Origin: Vicingaceae bacterium
Lineage (GTDB): Bacteria; Bacteroidota; Bacteroidia; Flavobacteriales_E; Vicingaceae
Assembly: GCA_028245195.1 (NCBI GenBank)
Contig: JAOKCF010000001.1
Location: 228,326 to 292,325, forward strand
DNA length: 64,000 nucleotides
Direction: 5' to 3'
Part shown: positions 11,566-21,367 of the stretch, piece after piece
Layout of the letters: every line of letters starts with the position of its first letter
How positions within the stretch are numbered: the stretch's first letter is position 1
Translations under genes and position numbers: made by a program
Notes under the pieces: generated by a model
What the model saw: only the letters and a program-made list of their open reading frames with translations
Databases searched by the model: none
Told to the model about the DNA's origin: nothing

Positions 11566-12378
11566 TTATGCTTGACCACCAGGGTTCATAGCAGTTAACA
11601 TGTTACCGTAAATTTTATTAAGAGAACTTAAATTGTTCGCTAATTCAGAAATGTTTGTTTTATACTTCTCTGTTCCTTCGATTGAACTGTTAAGGTTATT
11701 CATTAAAGTATCCATTCCTTCAAAGGCAGAATTACTAGCTTGCATGTGCTCTGAAGCAGATTTCAATTGTAATTCATAAACATTATTCAATTCACTTAAT
11801 TTCGAGCTTATATTTCTTACGCTTTCAGAATATGCATTGCTATCTTCTGAAGATACAGTTAAACCTGTTAAAGTTTCTGAAGCTGCTTCGTATGACGCTG
11901 AAAGATTCACCATTTTAGAAGAAGCATCTTTAATGTTTCCTGCAAATTCATTTGAAGCTGCTCCTACATCAGTTATATCATTTAGTTTAGACGTGTGATC
12001 AGCCAAATTTTTGAAACCCGTTCCTAAACTTTCAATCAACTCTGGTCCAATCTTAGCATCTTCTAACATTTGATCTAATTCTTGAGAAGCTGAACCGCCT
12101 TTTCTTGAAGAAGCCGTTGTTAAAGTATCATCTTCTAATCCTGCTAATTCAGGGTAAGCTAAAGTCCAATCTAGTTCACTATGTGGTGGCTCGAAGGCAG
12201 ATACTGCAAAAATTAATGCCTCTACTGAAAGACCTGTAATTAACATGGCTGATGCACCAGGCCAGTGCTCAATTTTAAACAACGCCCCAACAATTACAAC
12301 CGCCGCACCCATTCCGTAAAGCAAGCCCATCATTTTCTTTCCTTTCTTTGTTTCAAATAAAAACTCTACTATTCCCAT
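11566..12378 (-). CDS. gldL: gliding motility / T9SS protein GldL (PorL)
   Basis: The two-TM N-terminus MGLLYGMGAAVVIVGALFKIEHWPGA...ITGLSVEALIFAVSAFEP is followed by a soluble Ser/Asn-rich region. It lies between gldK and gldM. Confidence 0.85.
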   Translation of the reverse strand: MGIVEFLFETKKGKKMMGLLYGMGAAVVIVGALFKIEHWPGASAMLITGLSVEALIFAVSAFEPPHSELDWTLAYPELAGLEDDTLTTASSRKGGSASQELDQMLEDAKIGPELIESLGTGFKNLADHTSKLNDITDVGAASNEFAGNIKDASSKMVNLSASYEAASETLTGLTVSSEDSNAYSESVRNISSKLSELNNVYELQLKSASEHMQASNSAFEGMDTLMNNLNSSIEGTEKYKTNISELANNLSSLNKIYGNMLTAMNPGGQA

Positions 12379-12427
12379 CTTAATTTTTAGTTAATTGATT
12401 AGTTAATTGATTGATTAATAAAAAATT

Positions 12428-13726
12428 TTATAATTCCTCGTTATTTTCTGGTCTACCCAAGAAAGACATTACATTTCTAAATCCAATGTAACATTTTGCG
12501 GTATCTTGGTATTCGAAAGTTCTTGTTCCGTTGTGTAAATAATAAGAAACATCTTTCCAAGATCCACCACGAATAACTTTTCTTTTCAATGAAGGTGGAT
12601 CTGATGGTTTGGCCTCATAAGAATAATCCATATTCAAATCGTGAGCAAAATCATAAGCTGATTCATCGAAAGAGTTACTTGTCCATTCGGCTACATTTCC
12701 TGCCATACAGAATAATCCATAATCATTTGGATTGTACGAATAAACTTTAACAGTATTCAAACCTCCATCATCAACGTAATTACCTCTCAATGGCTTAAAG
12801 TTACCTAAGAAACAACCTGCTGTATTTCTGATGTAAGGGCCACCCCAAGGAAATTGGTTATTATCTAAACCACCTCTTGCAGCCCATTCCCACTCAGATT
12901 CTGTAGGTAATCTAAAATGCTGAACAGCACTAAAACCGCCACCTCTTAAATAATTATTCAACAATTCAGTTCTCCAAATTGAAAAAGCTCTTGCTTGCTT
13001 CCACGATATTCCAACCAAAGGATAGTCATCATATGCAGGATGCCAGAAATAAGTATTGGTTAATGGTTCATTATAAGAGTATGTAAAATCATGCACCCAA
13101 GCCAATGTATCAGGATACACATTTATGATATCTTTCTTTATGAAGACAGACCGATCAATTTGACCTTGTTCTCTGCTAAATCTTGAAGCAGCCGCTCTGT
13201 AATCAATCCAAGAGTATTCAAAATTTAATTTTCTTGTGTCTATTTGCTTTCTATTGTAGAATCGCTCATAGTCAGGTAAAAACATTACCTCTAATGCTTC
13301 TCTTTCTTCTTCACCAATCCAATTCATTTTTGCATACCAGTTAATGGTAGGAGGCTCCATATCCTCGCCGTAAGAATTGATTGTATTTGAGTAATACTCT
13401 TCATCAACCTCTTCTGCCAAAATTTTTCTAGCGATTGAATCCCTTACCCAGTGCACGAATTGTCTGTATTCGTTGTTGGTAATTTCAGTTTGATCCATAT
13501 AAAAAGCAGCTAAAGAAACTACTTTAGACTTTGATTGGCGCGCACCCGGAACGTCTTGATCGGTATTTCCCATCGTAAAACTTCCTTGTGGAATCAATAA
13601 CATCCCATAAGGAACAGGCTGATACCAATTTTCTCTACCTTGAACACCTATGAGTTCACCGTTATCGTAATTACATGAAGTAAGCACGGCAATCATTATC
13701 AGAAATATGTAGGTCAATTTTTTCAT
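12428..13726 (-). CDS. gldK: gliding motility / T9SS lipoprotein GldK (PorK), FGE-sulfatase fold
   Basis: Lipobox MKKLTYIFLIMIAVLTSC from ATG (complement 13724-13726). SUMF1-like motifs are present: GNVAEWT and RGGSWKD. Confidence 0.9.
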   Translation of the reverse strand: MKKLTYIFLIMIAVLTSCNYDNGELIGVQGRENWYQPVPYGMLLIPQGSFTMGNTDQDVPGARQSKSKVVSLAAFYMDQTEITNNEYRQFVHWVRDSIARKILAEEVDEEYYSNTINSYGEDMEPPTINWYAKMNWIGEEEREALEVMFLPDYERFYNRKQIDTRKLNFEYSWIDYRAAASRFSREQGQIDRSVFIKKDIINVYPDTLAWVHDFTYSYNEPLTNTYFWHPAYDDYPLVGISWKQARAFSIWRTELLNNYLRGGGFSAVQHFRLPTESEWEWAARGGLDNNQFPWGGPYIRNTAGCFLGNFKPLRGNYVDDGGLNTVKVYSYNPNDYGLFCMAGNVAEWTSNSFDESAYDFAHDLNMDYSYEAKPSDPPSLKRKVIRGGSWKDVSYYLHNGTRTFEYQDTAKCYIGFRNVMSFLGRPENNEEL

Positions 13727-13824
13727 GGCCTTAAATTTTAAAAACTGAATCTTTATCGATCCAGTTAAATTTAGATTTTGCAAGTTTAATTAATTTTTAT
13801 TTAAGTTTATCAACAATGGCCTTT

Positions 13825-14808
13825 TTAAAGAAAGCGTACATCCTTGTATCGCTCTATTTTTTCGTTCTTCACAAACTTGTAACAATAATTCAGCATAAAC
13901 TCAATACTTCCATTGTTATACGAACTTAAGTCCGAAATATTGTAATCGTAAGCTATACCAACCTTGATATTATCAAATTGCCCACCTAAATTAAGTCCAG
14001 CAAAATCAAGCCCGGCCAACAGCGAAGCTGCATCTTCGATTCTATATGTGAGACCTGTCCATACTAGATCATTGTACTTCACATTTGTGTTTAAATCAAC
14101 TTGAGTCGACACTGCATCGCTCTTTACAAAGAAAGAAGGCATTATTTCAAGCTTCCGCCCTCCGAGTTGAGTCTCATAATTGTATCCAGCCATAGCATAA
14201 TAGTGTCTAGCTTTCTTGAAAGTCAATTCAGACAAATCAGCTAAACCATCTGAAATAACTGATTGCTCCATATGAGTAGAAGAAAGTCCAACATACATAT
14301 TCTTGCGGTAATAATATAACCCAACTCCTAAATCGAAAACAGTTGCCCCTGCTTCAGAATTTGGAATTTTTGGATCTTCAGTACCATTAAACGCTCCTTC
14401 AGATGTTCTCCAATCACCTAAAATTGAATGATTATAAATCCCTAATTCGATACCCCCAGAAAGCACTCCTTGCTGTATTCTCTTATGATAAGACAATGCT
14501 AATTTGGCATTTAATGATTGAATAGGCCCAATTTCATCTTGGATTACAGTAAGTCCTGCTCCAACTTTATGCTTTTGAAAAATGGTTGTTCCATAATCAA
14601 CACTCAATAAATTGGTAGTTGGGTTTCCTTCAAATCCCATCCACTGTTCTCTTGAAATGATAGTCGCACAAAATGATTCCTTCGCCCCTGCATAAGCCGG
14701 GTTAACAGCAAGCCTGTTGAACATGTTCTGCGTAAATTGAGGATCTTGCTGTGCGCTCATTTTGAACGTACTGAATACACACACAACAGCAATTAAAATC
14801 TTCTTCAT
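13825..14808 (-). CDS. PorP/SprF family T9SS outer-membrane protein
   Basis: MKKILIAVVCVFSTFKMSAQQDPQFTQNMFNRLAVNPAYAG is the family-typical N-terminus. The C-terminal portion has a beta-barrel-like alternating pattern. It lies directly upstream of gldK. Confidence 0.85.
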   Translation of the reverse strand: MKKILIAVVCVFSTFKMSAQQDPQFTQNMFNRLAVNPAYAGAKESFCATIISREQWMGFEGNPTTNLLSVDYGTTIFQKHKVGAGLTVIQDEIGPIQSLNAKLALSYHKRIQQGVLSGGIELGIYNHSILGDWRTSEGAFNGTEDPKIPNSEAGATVFDLGVGLYYYRKNMYVGLSSTHMEQSVISDGLADLSELTFKKARHYYAMAGYNYETQLGGRKLEIMPSFFVKSDAVSTQVDLNTNVKYNDLVWTGLTYRIEDAASLLAGLDFAGLNLGGQFDNIKVGIAYDYNISDLSSYNNGSIEFMLNYCYKFVKNEKIERYKDVRFL

Positions 14809-14914
14809 AGGGTAATTTTATGAATTTTATCCTTAAATAGGTTAAATTTAGTCGTCTAAGATACCCATTTTTTAGATTGGCACATTTCTTTTTGAATGAA
14901 TTTATTAAAATAGC

Positions 14915-16075
14915 CTATTTCAATTTTTGAAATGTCTGAAACCATCGCTCTGGAATCTCATTTTTGGTAGCAGTGACATAATCGTTGTAATCACATGGCA
15001 ACATTAAGTGTCGTTCATATTTTTTCATGAAACTCGAATGATACGGAACGTTCATCCACCACCTATCCGACTTTGGACTCTTGTAAAAAACCAACTCACG
15101 CTCTCCCTCTTCCAAATTAACAGTATACTTCACGTACTCTCTTTTATTACATGCTGGGAAATCTCCCTTTCGGCCGCAGTATCCATCAATAAAGTACCAA
15201 ATCATCTGAGCAATAAGGTTTGCTGTTTGCCCATTGTCGAAAATCGTAGGATTGAAATCGTAAATGCCAAATGAGCTTAATTTATCGCTCATCCCAGCAT
15301 ACCTGCTTAACTGACAAGCTTGTTCGCCGTTTAAGCCATTTGCAGAAGTTACTTTATTTGCAGGTGCATATGGCTGAGCAACCGCACTCATACTAAAGTT
15401 CACAAAATCTGCATTTCTAATAATCGGCTCCGCCACCTTGATATCTGCCTTCAACTCCCCAAGTCTATGGCTATCAAAAAACAAGTCCTCCAGTAGGTGC
15501 AACTCTGCTTGATCAACCAAGTATGTCTGATAACCTAGGTTTGAATAATTGAATAAAACATTTGGCTGCTGAATGATAATTTTTGAGAAGTAATTCAAAT
15601 CGTGTATTGGGTCATCTGCTTTTCCTAGACCAAATTTCGAGTCTATACTCACGAGGTTAACTGTTTGCTCTTCCTTAGTATATGCCAAATAATTAGCATA
15701 AACCAAATTCTGCGAACCTCCAAGAAATACAGGCATCACATTTTTCCTTAATAATTGGGAGATAACATCTGTGACAGCGAAATACGTATCAGTTACACTT
15801 TCTCCTTGGCAAATAGTTCCAAAATCTGCCATTTTTAACGGAGTTAATCCTTGATACAGCTGGTAGAAATAACCTCTTACTTGATTTGCTCCTTTCGAAC
15901 ACCCGCTGTTCCGTATACTCCCTCTCTCTTCTTCAATATCAAAAAATACGATATCATATTCCTCTATTGAACTTGGATTAAGGTCTATTTGGTTCCCAAT
16001 ATGACCTTCTTTTAAAAACTGAAAGCCTTCAATTTTATCCGTTTCGACTTTTTGAAAATAATCAAACAGTGACAT
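14915..16075 (-). CDS. arginase/formiminoglutamase-fold protein (metal-ligand motifs apparently degenerate)
   Basis: 386-aa ORF whose layout resembles the ureohydrolase family. The segments FLGGSQNL, VSIDSKFGLG and NFSMSAVAQPYAPA sit where GGDH, DAHxD and SxDxDxxDP are expected. Confidence 0.5.
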   Translation of the reverse strand: MSLFDYFQKVETDKIEGFQFLKEGHIGNQIDLNPSSIEEYDIVFFDIEEERGSIRNSGCSKGANQVRGYFYQLYQGLTPLKMADFGTICQGESVTDTYFAVTDVISQLLRKNVMPVFLGGSQNLVYANYLAYTKEEQTVNLVSIDSKFGLGKADDPIHDLNYFSKIIIQQPNVLFNYSNLGYQTYLVDQAELHLLEDLFFDSHRLGELKADIKVAEPIIRNADFVNFSMSAVAQPYAPANKVTSANGLNGEQACQLSRYAGMSDKLSSFGIYDFNPTIFDNGQTANLIAQMIWYFIDGYCGRKGDFPACNKREYVKYTVNLEEGERELVFYKSPKSDRWWMNVPYHSSFMKKYERHLMLPCDYNDYVTATKNEIPERWFQTFQKLK

Positions 16076-16076
16076 T

Positions 16077-18401
16077 CTATTTCTTTTTTGCGCGTCTTAC
16101 TACCTTTTTCTTTGCAGGTGCCTCAGCAGCAATTTTCTTGCACTCCTCCAATGTTAAATTCTCCGGCACTACATCCTTTGGTATTTTAATATTCTTCTTC
16201 CCAAACTTGATATATGGTCCCCAGCGACCATTTAAAACTTGGATATCTTTATCTTCTTCAAATACCTTGATGTATTTATTCGCTTCAGATTCTTTCTTTG
16301 CCTCAATTAGAACTGCTGCCCTATTCATTTCTACTGCAAAAGGATCGTCTCCCTCAGCTTTCTTTAACGAAATAAATAAACTATTCCACTTTAAATAAGG
16401 TCCAAACCTACCTATTGCTGCCGTTACTAGTTTATCCTCATATGTCCCAACTTCTCTTGGTAGCTTAAACAATTCCATTGCTTCTTCGTAGCTAATGGTC
16501 TCAATGCTTTGGTCTTTAAATAAAGATGCGAATTTTGGTTTTTCTTCATCATCTACATTGCCGATTTGAACCATTGCTCCATACCTCCCAATTCTTGCGT
16601 AAACCGGCTTACCAGTTTCAGGGTCCTCCCCTAGTAATCGTTCGCCCTTGGCTCTTTCTGCATGTTCCAAGGTATGTTCAACGTTCTTGTGGAATGGATT
16701 GTAAAACGTCTCAATCATTTTGTTCCACTTTAGCTGACCAGCTGCAATGTCATCAAATTGCTTTTCAACATCTGCCGTAAAACTATAATCCATAATTGTT
16801 TTAAAGTTCTCAGAAAGAAAATCCGTTACAACAATTCCAGTATCTGTTGGGAATAATTTATTCTTTTCTGCACCAGTTCGTTCAGTTTGAGTTCTCTCTT
16901 TTATTCCCTTCGTATCTAAAGTTAGGACTTCGTATTTACGTTCAATGCCTTCACGCTCTTCTTTCACAACATAACCTCTCTTTTGAATTGTAGAAATGGT
17001 TGGAGCGTATGTAGACGGTCGTCCAATTCCTAACTCCTCTAATTTCTTTACTAGACTTGCTTCTTGGTAACGAGCAGGGTGCTTAGTAAAACGCTGTGTT
17101 GCGATAATTTCATGCATATTAACGTCGTCTCCAACATTCATTGCCGGCAACATTCCATCCTGGTCGTCATCTTCCTCCTCATCATCATTTCCTTCTAAGT
17201 AAACTCTTAGAAAACCTTCAAATTGTAAAATTTCTCCTTTGGCTGTAAAGTCAGTTTTTGATTCTGAAACATTAATGCTTGCGTTAGTTCTTTCAATTCT
17301 TGCATTAGCCATTTGAGAAGCCGTAGTTCTTTTCCAAATCAATTCATACAACCTATCCTCTTGTGTTGAAGTTCCCAAACTATCTACAGACAAATTTGTC
17401 GGTCTTATTGCTTCGTGTGCTTCTTGAGCTCCCTTTGATTTTGAGCTGTATTTTTTCGGATTCGAAAACTCTGCTCCGTAGGTTTTAGTAATGTACTCTT
17501 TTGCTCCGTCTAAAGCAGTATCAGAAAGGTTTACCGAATCGGTTCTCATGTAAGTAATCTTTCCAGCTTCGTATAATTTTTGGGCTACCAACATGGTTTG
17601 TGCAACAGAAAATCCTAGTTTTCTACTTGCTTCTTGTTGCAAGGTAGAGGTTGTAAAAGGCGCTGCCGGTGATTTCGTAGCTGGCTTTTTAACTAAATCT
17701 TTAATCGAGTAATTCGACTTCTCACATTCTTGAATGAAACTTTTGGCTTCATCGTAACTCTTAAATCTTGAAGTTACTTCGGCTTTAAAACTTTTGCCTT
17801 TCGATAATTGAAAAACACCCACGACCCTGAAAAAGTCTGTGATTTTAAAATTTTGAATTTCCCTTTCTCGTTCAACCACTAATCGAACTGTAACCGATTG
17901 AACTCTACCTGCAGAAAGAGATGGCTTCACTTTTTTCCATAATACAGGAGAAAGCTCATACCCTACTAGTCGATCTAGCACCCTTCTCGCTTGTTGAGCA
18001 TCCACTAAATTTCGATTTACAGTTCTTGGATTTTCAATCGCTTTGGTTATGGCTGACTTTGTAATTTCAGAAAACACAATTCTTTTTGTCACCTTCTTCT
18101 TTAAGTCTAGCGCTTCTTCTAAATGCCAAGAAATAGCTTCTCCCTCACGATCCTCATCCGTTGCCAACCAAACAATCTCCGCTGCTTTTGCCAACTTCTT
18201 CAATTCAGCTACTACTTTCTTCTTGTCATCCGAAATTACATATTGCGGTTCGAAGTTATTTTCGATATCGATAGAGATGTTTTTGCCGGGTAAATCTCTG
18301 ATATGACCAAAACTGGACTTAACGGTAAATCCTTTCCCAAGAAAACCTTCAATGGTTTTGGCTTTAGCAGGTGACTCAACAATAACTAGATTTTTAGACA
18401 T
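16077..18401 (-). CDS. topA: DNA topoisomerase I
   Basis: Toprim start MSKNLVIVESPAKAKTIEGFLG (ATG complement 18399-18401), active-site Tyr segment KITYMRTDS, and a basic C-terminal tail. Confidence 0.95.
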   Translation of the reverse strand: MSKNLVIVESPAKAKTIEGFLGKGFTVKSSFGHIRDLPGKNISIDIENNFEPQYVISDDKKKVVAELKKLAKAAEIVWLATDEDREGEAISWHLEEALDLKKKVTKRIVFSEITKSAITKAIENPRTVNRNLVDAQQARRVLDRLVGYELSPVLWKKVKPSLSAGRVQSVTVRLVVEREREIQNFKITDFFRVVGVFQLSKGKSFKAEVTSRFKSYDEAKSFIQECEKSNYSIKDLVKKPATKSPAAPFTTSTLQQEASRKLGFSVAQTMLVAQKLYEAGKITYMRTDSVNLSDTALDGAKEYITKTYGAEFSNPKKYSSKSKGAQEAHEAIRPTNLSVDSLGTSTQEDRLYELIWKRTTASQMANARIERTNASINVSESKTDFTAKGEILQFEGFLRVYLEGNDDEEEDDDQDGMLPAMNVGDDVNMHEIIATQRFTKHPARYQEASLVKKLEELGIGRPSTYAPTISTIQKRGYVVKEEREGIERKYEVLTLDTKGIKERTQTERTGAEKNKLFPTDTGIVVTDFLSENFKTIMDYSFTADVEKQFDDIAAGQLKWNKMIETFYNPFHKNVEHTLEHAERAKGERLLGEDPETGKPVYARIGRYGAMVQIGNVDDEEKPKFASLFKDQSIETISYEEAMELFKLPREVGTYEDKLVTAAIGRFGPYLKWNSLFISLKKAEGDDPFAVEMNRAAVLIEAKKESEANKYIKVFEEDKDIQVLNGRWGPYIKFGKKNIKIPKDVVPENLTLEECKKIAAEAPAKKKVVRRAKKK

Positions 18402-18626
18402 GTTATAAGGTATAAATTGAATTTCCGAAAATTTGGAAATTTTTGACAAAGAAAATCAATATTTACTTAGAGTTCCAAAAAATCATTTTTTATTATATAA
18501 AAAAAGCAATCTATATTATATTCCATATAATATAAAAAAACATAAAAATCAGTTAGGTTAATTATGCCATTTTGTCACAGGCATTCGTTTTTTACTAATT
18601 TCGTGTTTGCAAAATAGAACATCATC

Positions 18627-20072
18627 ATGTTAAGAACAGAAGAGAAAGTAATAGACGAAGCGATACAAGGAGAAGCGCTTGATGGCAGAAAAGTTCCCAA
18701 CTCAAACGGAAGAAAAGTTTTTATTGAGAGTTACGGTTGCCAAATGAACTTTTCTGATAGCGAAATTGTGGCTTCTATTTTAGAGAAAGATGGTTATGAA
18801 ACCACTAAATTACTCCATGAAGCTGATATCGTATTTGTAAATACTTGTTCTATTCGCGAAAAGGCAGAGCAAACTGTTAGAAAAAGACTGACCGTATATA
18901 ATAAGCACAAACGCAAGAACCCAAAAATGATTATTGGTGTTTTGGGATGCATGGCTGAGCGATTAAAATCGAAGTTTTTAGAAGAAGAAAAAATAGTTGA
19001 CCTTGTTGTTGGCCCTGACGCATACCGTGATTTACCAAACTTAGTAAGAGAAGTTGACGGCGGAAGAAAAGCCGTAAATGTAATTCTTTCAAAGGAAGAA
19101 ACTTACGGAGATATTGCCCCCGTTCGATTAGGTGGAAATGGGGTAACTGCATTTGTTTCGATAACAAGAGGATGTGACAACATGTGCACATTTTGTGTGG
19201 TCCCATTTACCAGAGGAAGAGAAAGAAGTAGAGACCCAGAATCAATTATTCAGGAGGTTAGGGAATTATCACTTGCGGGTTATCGAGAAGTAACTTTGCT
19301 AGGGCAAAACGTAGATTCCTACTTGTGGTATGGAGGCGGTTTAAAAAAGGAATTCGCTAACTTGTCGGATGAAGAAAAAGAAAAGAGTACCAACTTTGCC
19401 CAACTGATGGATCGAGTTGCTCAGGTTGATCGAAAAATTAGAATACGATTTTCTACCTCACACCCTAAGGACATGACGGATGATGTTTTACATGCTATGG
19501 CTAGGCACGATAACATCTGCGATTACATTCACTTGCCATTTCAATCAGGAAATTCTAGAATTCTAGAAATGATGAACCGAGGGTACACAAGAAAGTGGTA
19601 TATGAATAGAATCGATGCCATTCGTCGAATTTTGCCAACTTGCTCTATTTCTGCAGATATTATCTCTGGGTTTTGCTCTGAAACAGAGGAAGAACACCAA
19701 GACACACTGAGTATGATGGAGTATGTGAAATATCACTTTTCTTACATGTTCAAATACTCGGAGCGACCAAATACGATGGCACAACGGAAGTATCCAGATG
19801 ACATCCCTGAAGAGACCAAACAAAAAAGGTTAGCTGAGATAATTGAATTACAACAAAAACATTCTCACGAGCAATTAAAAAAAGATTTAGGAAAGACCTA
19901 TGAGGTTTTAGTAGAGGGAGTTTCTAAAAAATCAGACGATGAACTCTACGGCAGAAATACACATAACTCAGTCATCGTTTTTCCAAGAGAAAACTATAAA
20001 GTAGGCGAATACGTAATGGTTAAAGTAGAAAAGTGCACCTCCGCAACATTAAAAGGCAAAGCCGTTAAATAA
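18627..20072 (+). CDS. miaB: tRNA-2-methylthio-N6-dimethylallyladenosine synthase MiaB
   Basis: N-terminal Cys triad context ([16 protein letters not shown]), radical-SAM [11 protein letters not shown], and a TRAM-like C-terminus. Length is 481 aa. Confidence 0.93.
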   Translation: MLRTEEKVIDEAIQGEALDGRKVPNSNGRKVFIESYGCQMNFSDSEIVASILEKDGYETTKLLHEADIVFVNTCSIREKAEQTVRKRLTVYNKHKRKNPKMIIGVLGCMAERLKSKFLEEEKIVDLVVGPDAYRDLPNLVREVDGGRKAVNVILSKEETYGDIAPVRLGGNGVTAFVSITRGCDNMCTFCVVPFTRGRERSRDPESIIQEVRELSLAGYREVTLLGQNVDSYLWYGGGLKKEFANLSDEEKEKSTNFAQLMDRVAQVDRKIRIRFSTSHPKDMTDDVLHAMARHDNICDYIHLPFQSGNSRILEMMNRGYTRKWYMNRIDAIRRILPTCSISADIISGFCSETEEEHQDTLSMMEYVKYHFSYMFKYSERPNTMAQRKYPDDIPEETKQKRLAEIIELQQKHSHEQLKKDLGKTYEVLVEGVSKKSDDELYGRNTHNSVIVFPRENYKVGEYVMVKVEKCTSATLKGKAVK

Positions 20073-21367
20073 TGACAATTGAACAAATTAAACAGCGGTT
20101 TGGAATTATTGGACATTCTGAACAATTAAACAGAGCTATCGATATCGCAGTGCAAGTTGCACCTACTGATTTATCTGTTTTAATTACCGGTGAAAGTGGT
20201 TCGGGAAAGGAGAATATCCCGCAAATCATACATCAGCTAAGTGCAAGAAAACACAACAAATATATCGCAGTAAACTGTGGAGCAATACCTGAAGGGACGA
20301 TTGATTCTGAACTCTTTGGACATGAAAAAGGTTCTTTTACCGGGGCAACTGAAACCCGTAAAGGATATTTTGAAGTTGCTGATGGGGGAACTATATTTTT
20401 AGACGAAGTAGCTGAACTTCCACTCACAACTCAAGTCAGACTTTTACGAGTTTTAGAAACAGGAGAGTTTTTAAAGGTTGGTAGTTCAAAGCCCCAGAAA
20501 ACGAACGTTCGCATAACAGCAGCGACTAATGTCAACATTCCTAAAGCAATCAATGAAAATAAATTTAGAGAAGATTTATTCTATCGACTAAATACGGTAC
20601 CAATTGAAGTTCCTCCTCTGCGCGTCCGAAAAGACGATATTCATTTGTTATTCAGAAAGTTTTCTGCAGATTTTGCAGACAAATACAGAATGCCTTCTGT
20701 TCAACTAACTGAAGAAGCAAGAGTACTTTTGCTGAAATACAGGTGGCCAGGAAATGTAAGACAATTAAAAAACGTTACTGAGCAAATATCAGTGATCGAA
20801 AAAAATAAATTAATTACAGCAGAAGTATTATTGAATTATTTGCCAGAAAATAGCGAAGCTTCATTACCCGTTATATACAGTGGAGATAAAAAAGGTATGA
20901 CAGAGCGCGATATCCTGTACAAAGTACTTTTTGACATGAAAAAGGATGTTGCGGACTTGAAAAAAGTTGTTTTTCAAGTCATTAAATCTGATTCTAAGCC
21001 CAACAAAGATGAAATTAACCACCAGGTTTTTGAACGGCTATATGGTGGCCAAGACAGCATAAGTTCGCTTGAAAAAAGGTTGGAAATTGCTCAGTTTAAC
21101 GAAAACAAACCTTTGCAAAGGAACAATTCTAACTTCAGAGATGATGCCGTTACCTATAAGAAAGACATCTCAGAAGAAAAAGATGATTATCAAGAGATTG
21201 TAATTGAGCAAGAAGAGGAATCTCTTTCAATTTCTGACACCGAGCAGAAACTAATTAAGAAAGCATTACAAAAACATGGTGGAAAAAGAAAATATGCTGC
21301 TGAAGATTTAGGAATTTCGGAACGTACTTTGTATCGAAAGATTAAGGAATATGATATTGAACAATGA
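20072..21367 (+). CDS. sigma-54-dependent enhancer-binding protein without an N-terminal sensory/receiver domain
   Basis: Walker A GESGSGKE appears about 40 aa from the start. Also present are the sigma-54 contact loop EKGSFTGA, Walker B IFLDEV, and the C-terminal Fis-type HTH AAEDLGISERTLYRKIKEY. A linker of about 110 aa that I could not assign precedes the HTH. Confidence 0.85.
   Translation: MTIEQIKQRFGIIGHSEQLNRAIDIAVQVAPTDLSVLITGESGSGKENIPQIIHQLSARKHNKYIAVNCGAIPEGTIDSELFGHEKGSFTGATETRKGYFEVADGGTIFLDEVAELPLTTQVRLLRVLETGEFLKVGSSKPQKTNVRITAATNVNIPKAINENKFREDLFYRLNTVPIEVPPLRVRKDDIHLLFRKFSADFADKYRMPSVQLTEEARVLLLKYRWPGNVRQLKNVTEQISVIEKNKLITAEVLLNYLPENSEASLPVIYSGDKKGMTERDILYKVLFDMKKDVADLKKVVFQVIKSDSKPNKDEINHQVFERLYGGQDSISSLEKRLEIAQFNENKPLQRNNSNFRDDAVTYKKDISEEKDDYQEIVIEQEEESLSISDTEQKLIKKALQKHGGKRKYAAEDLGISERTLYRKIKEYDIEQ

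Noticed and set aside
14879-14895. TGGCAC on the plus strand between porP and the arginase-fold gene as a sigma-54 promoter
   Set aside because: Both flanking genes are on the minus strand, and the -12 position reads TTTT rather than TTGC.
16069-18306. Plus-strand ORFs 16069-16398, 16526-16780 and 18043-18306
   Set aside because: They lie entirely antisense within topA, and their Phe/Ser-rich translations mirror the Lys/Glu-rich sense strand.
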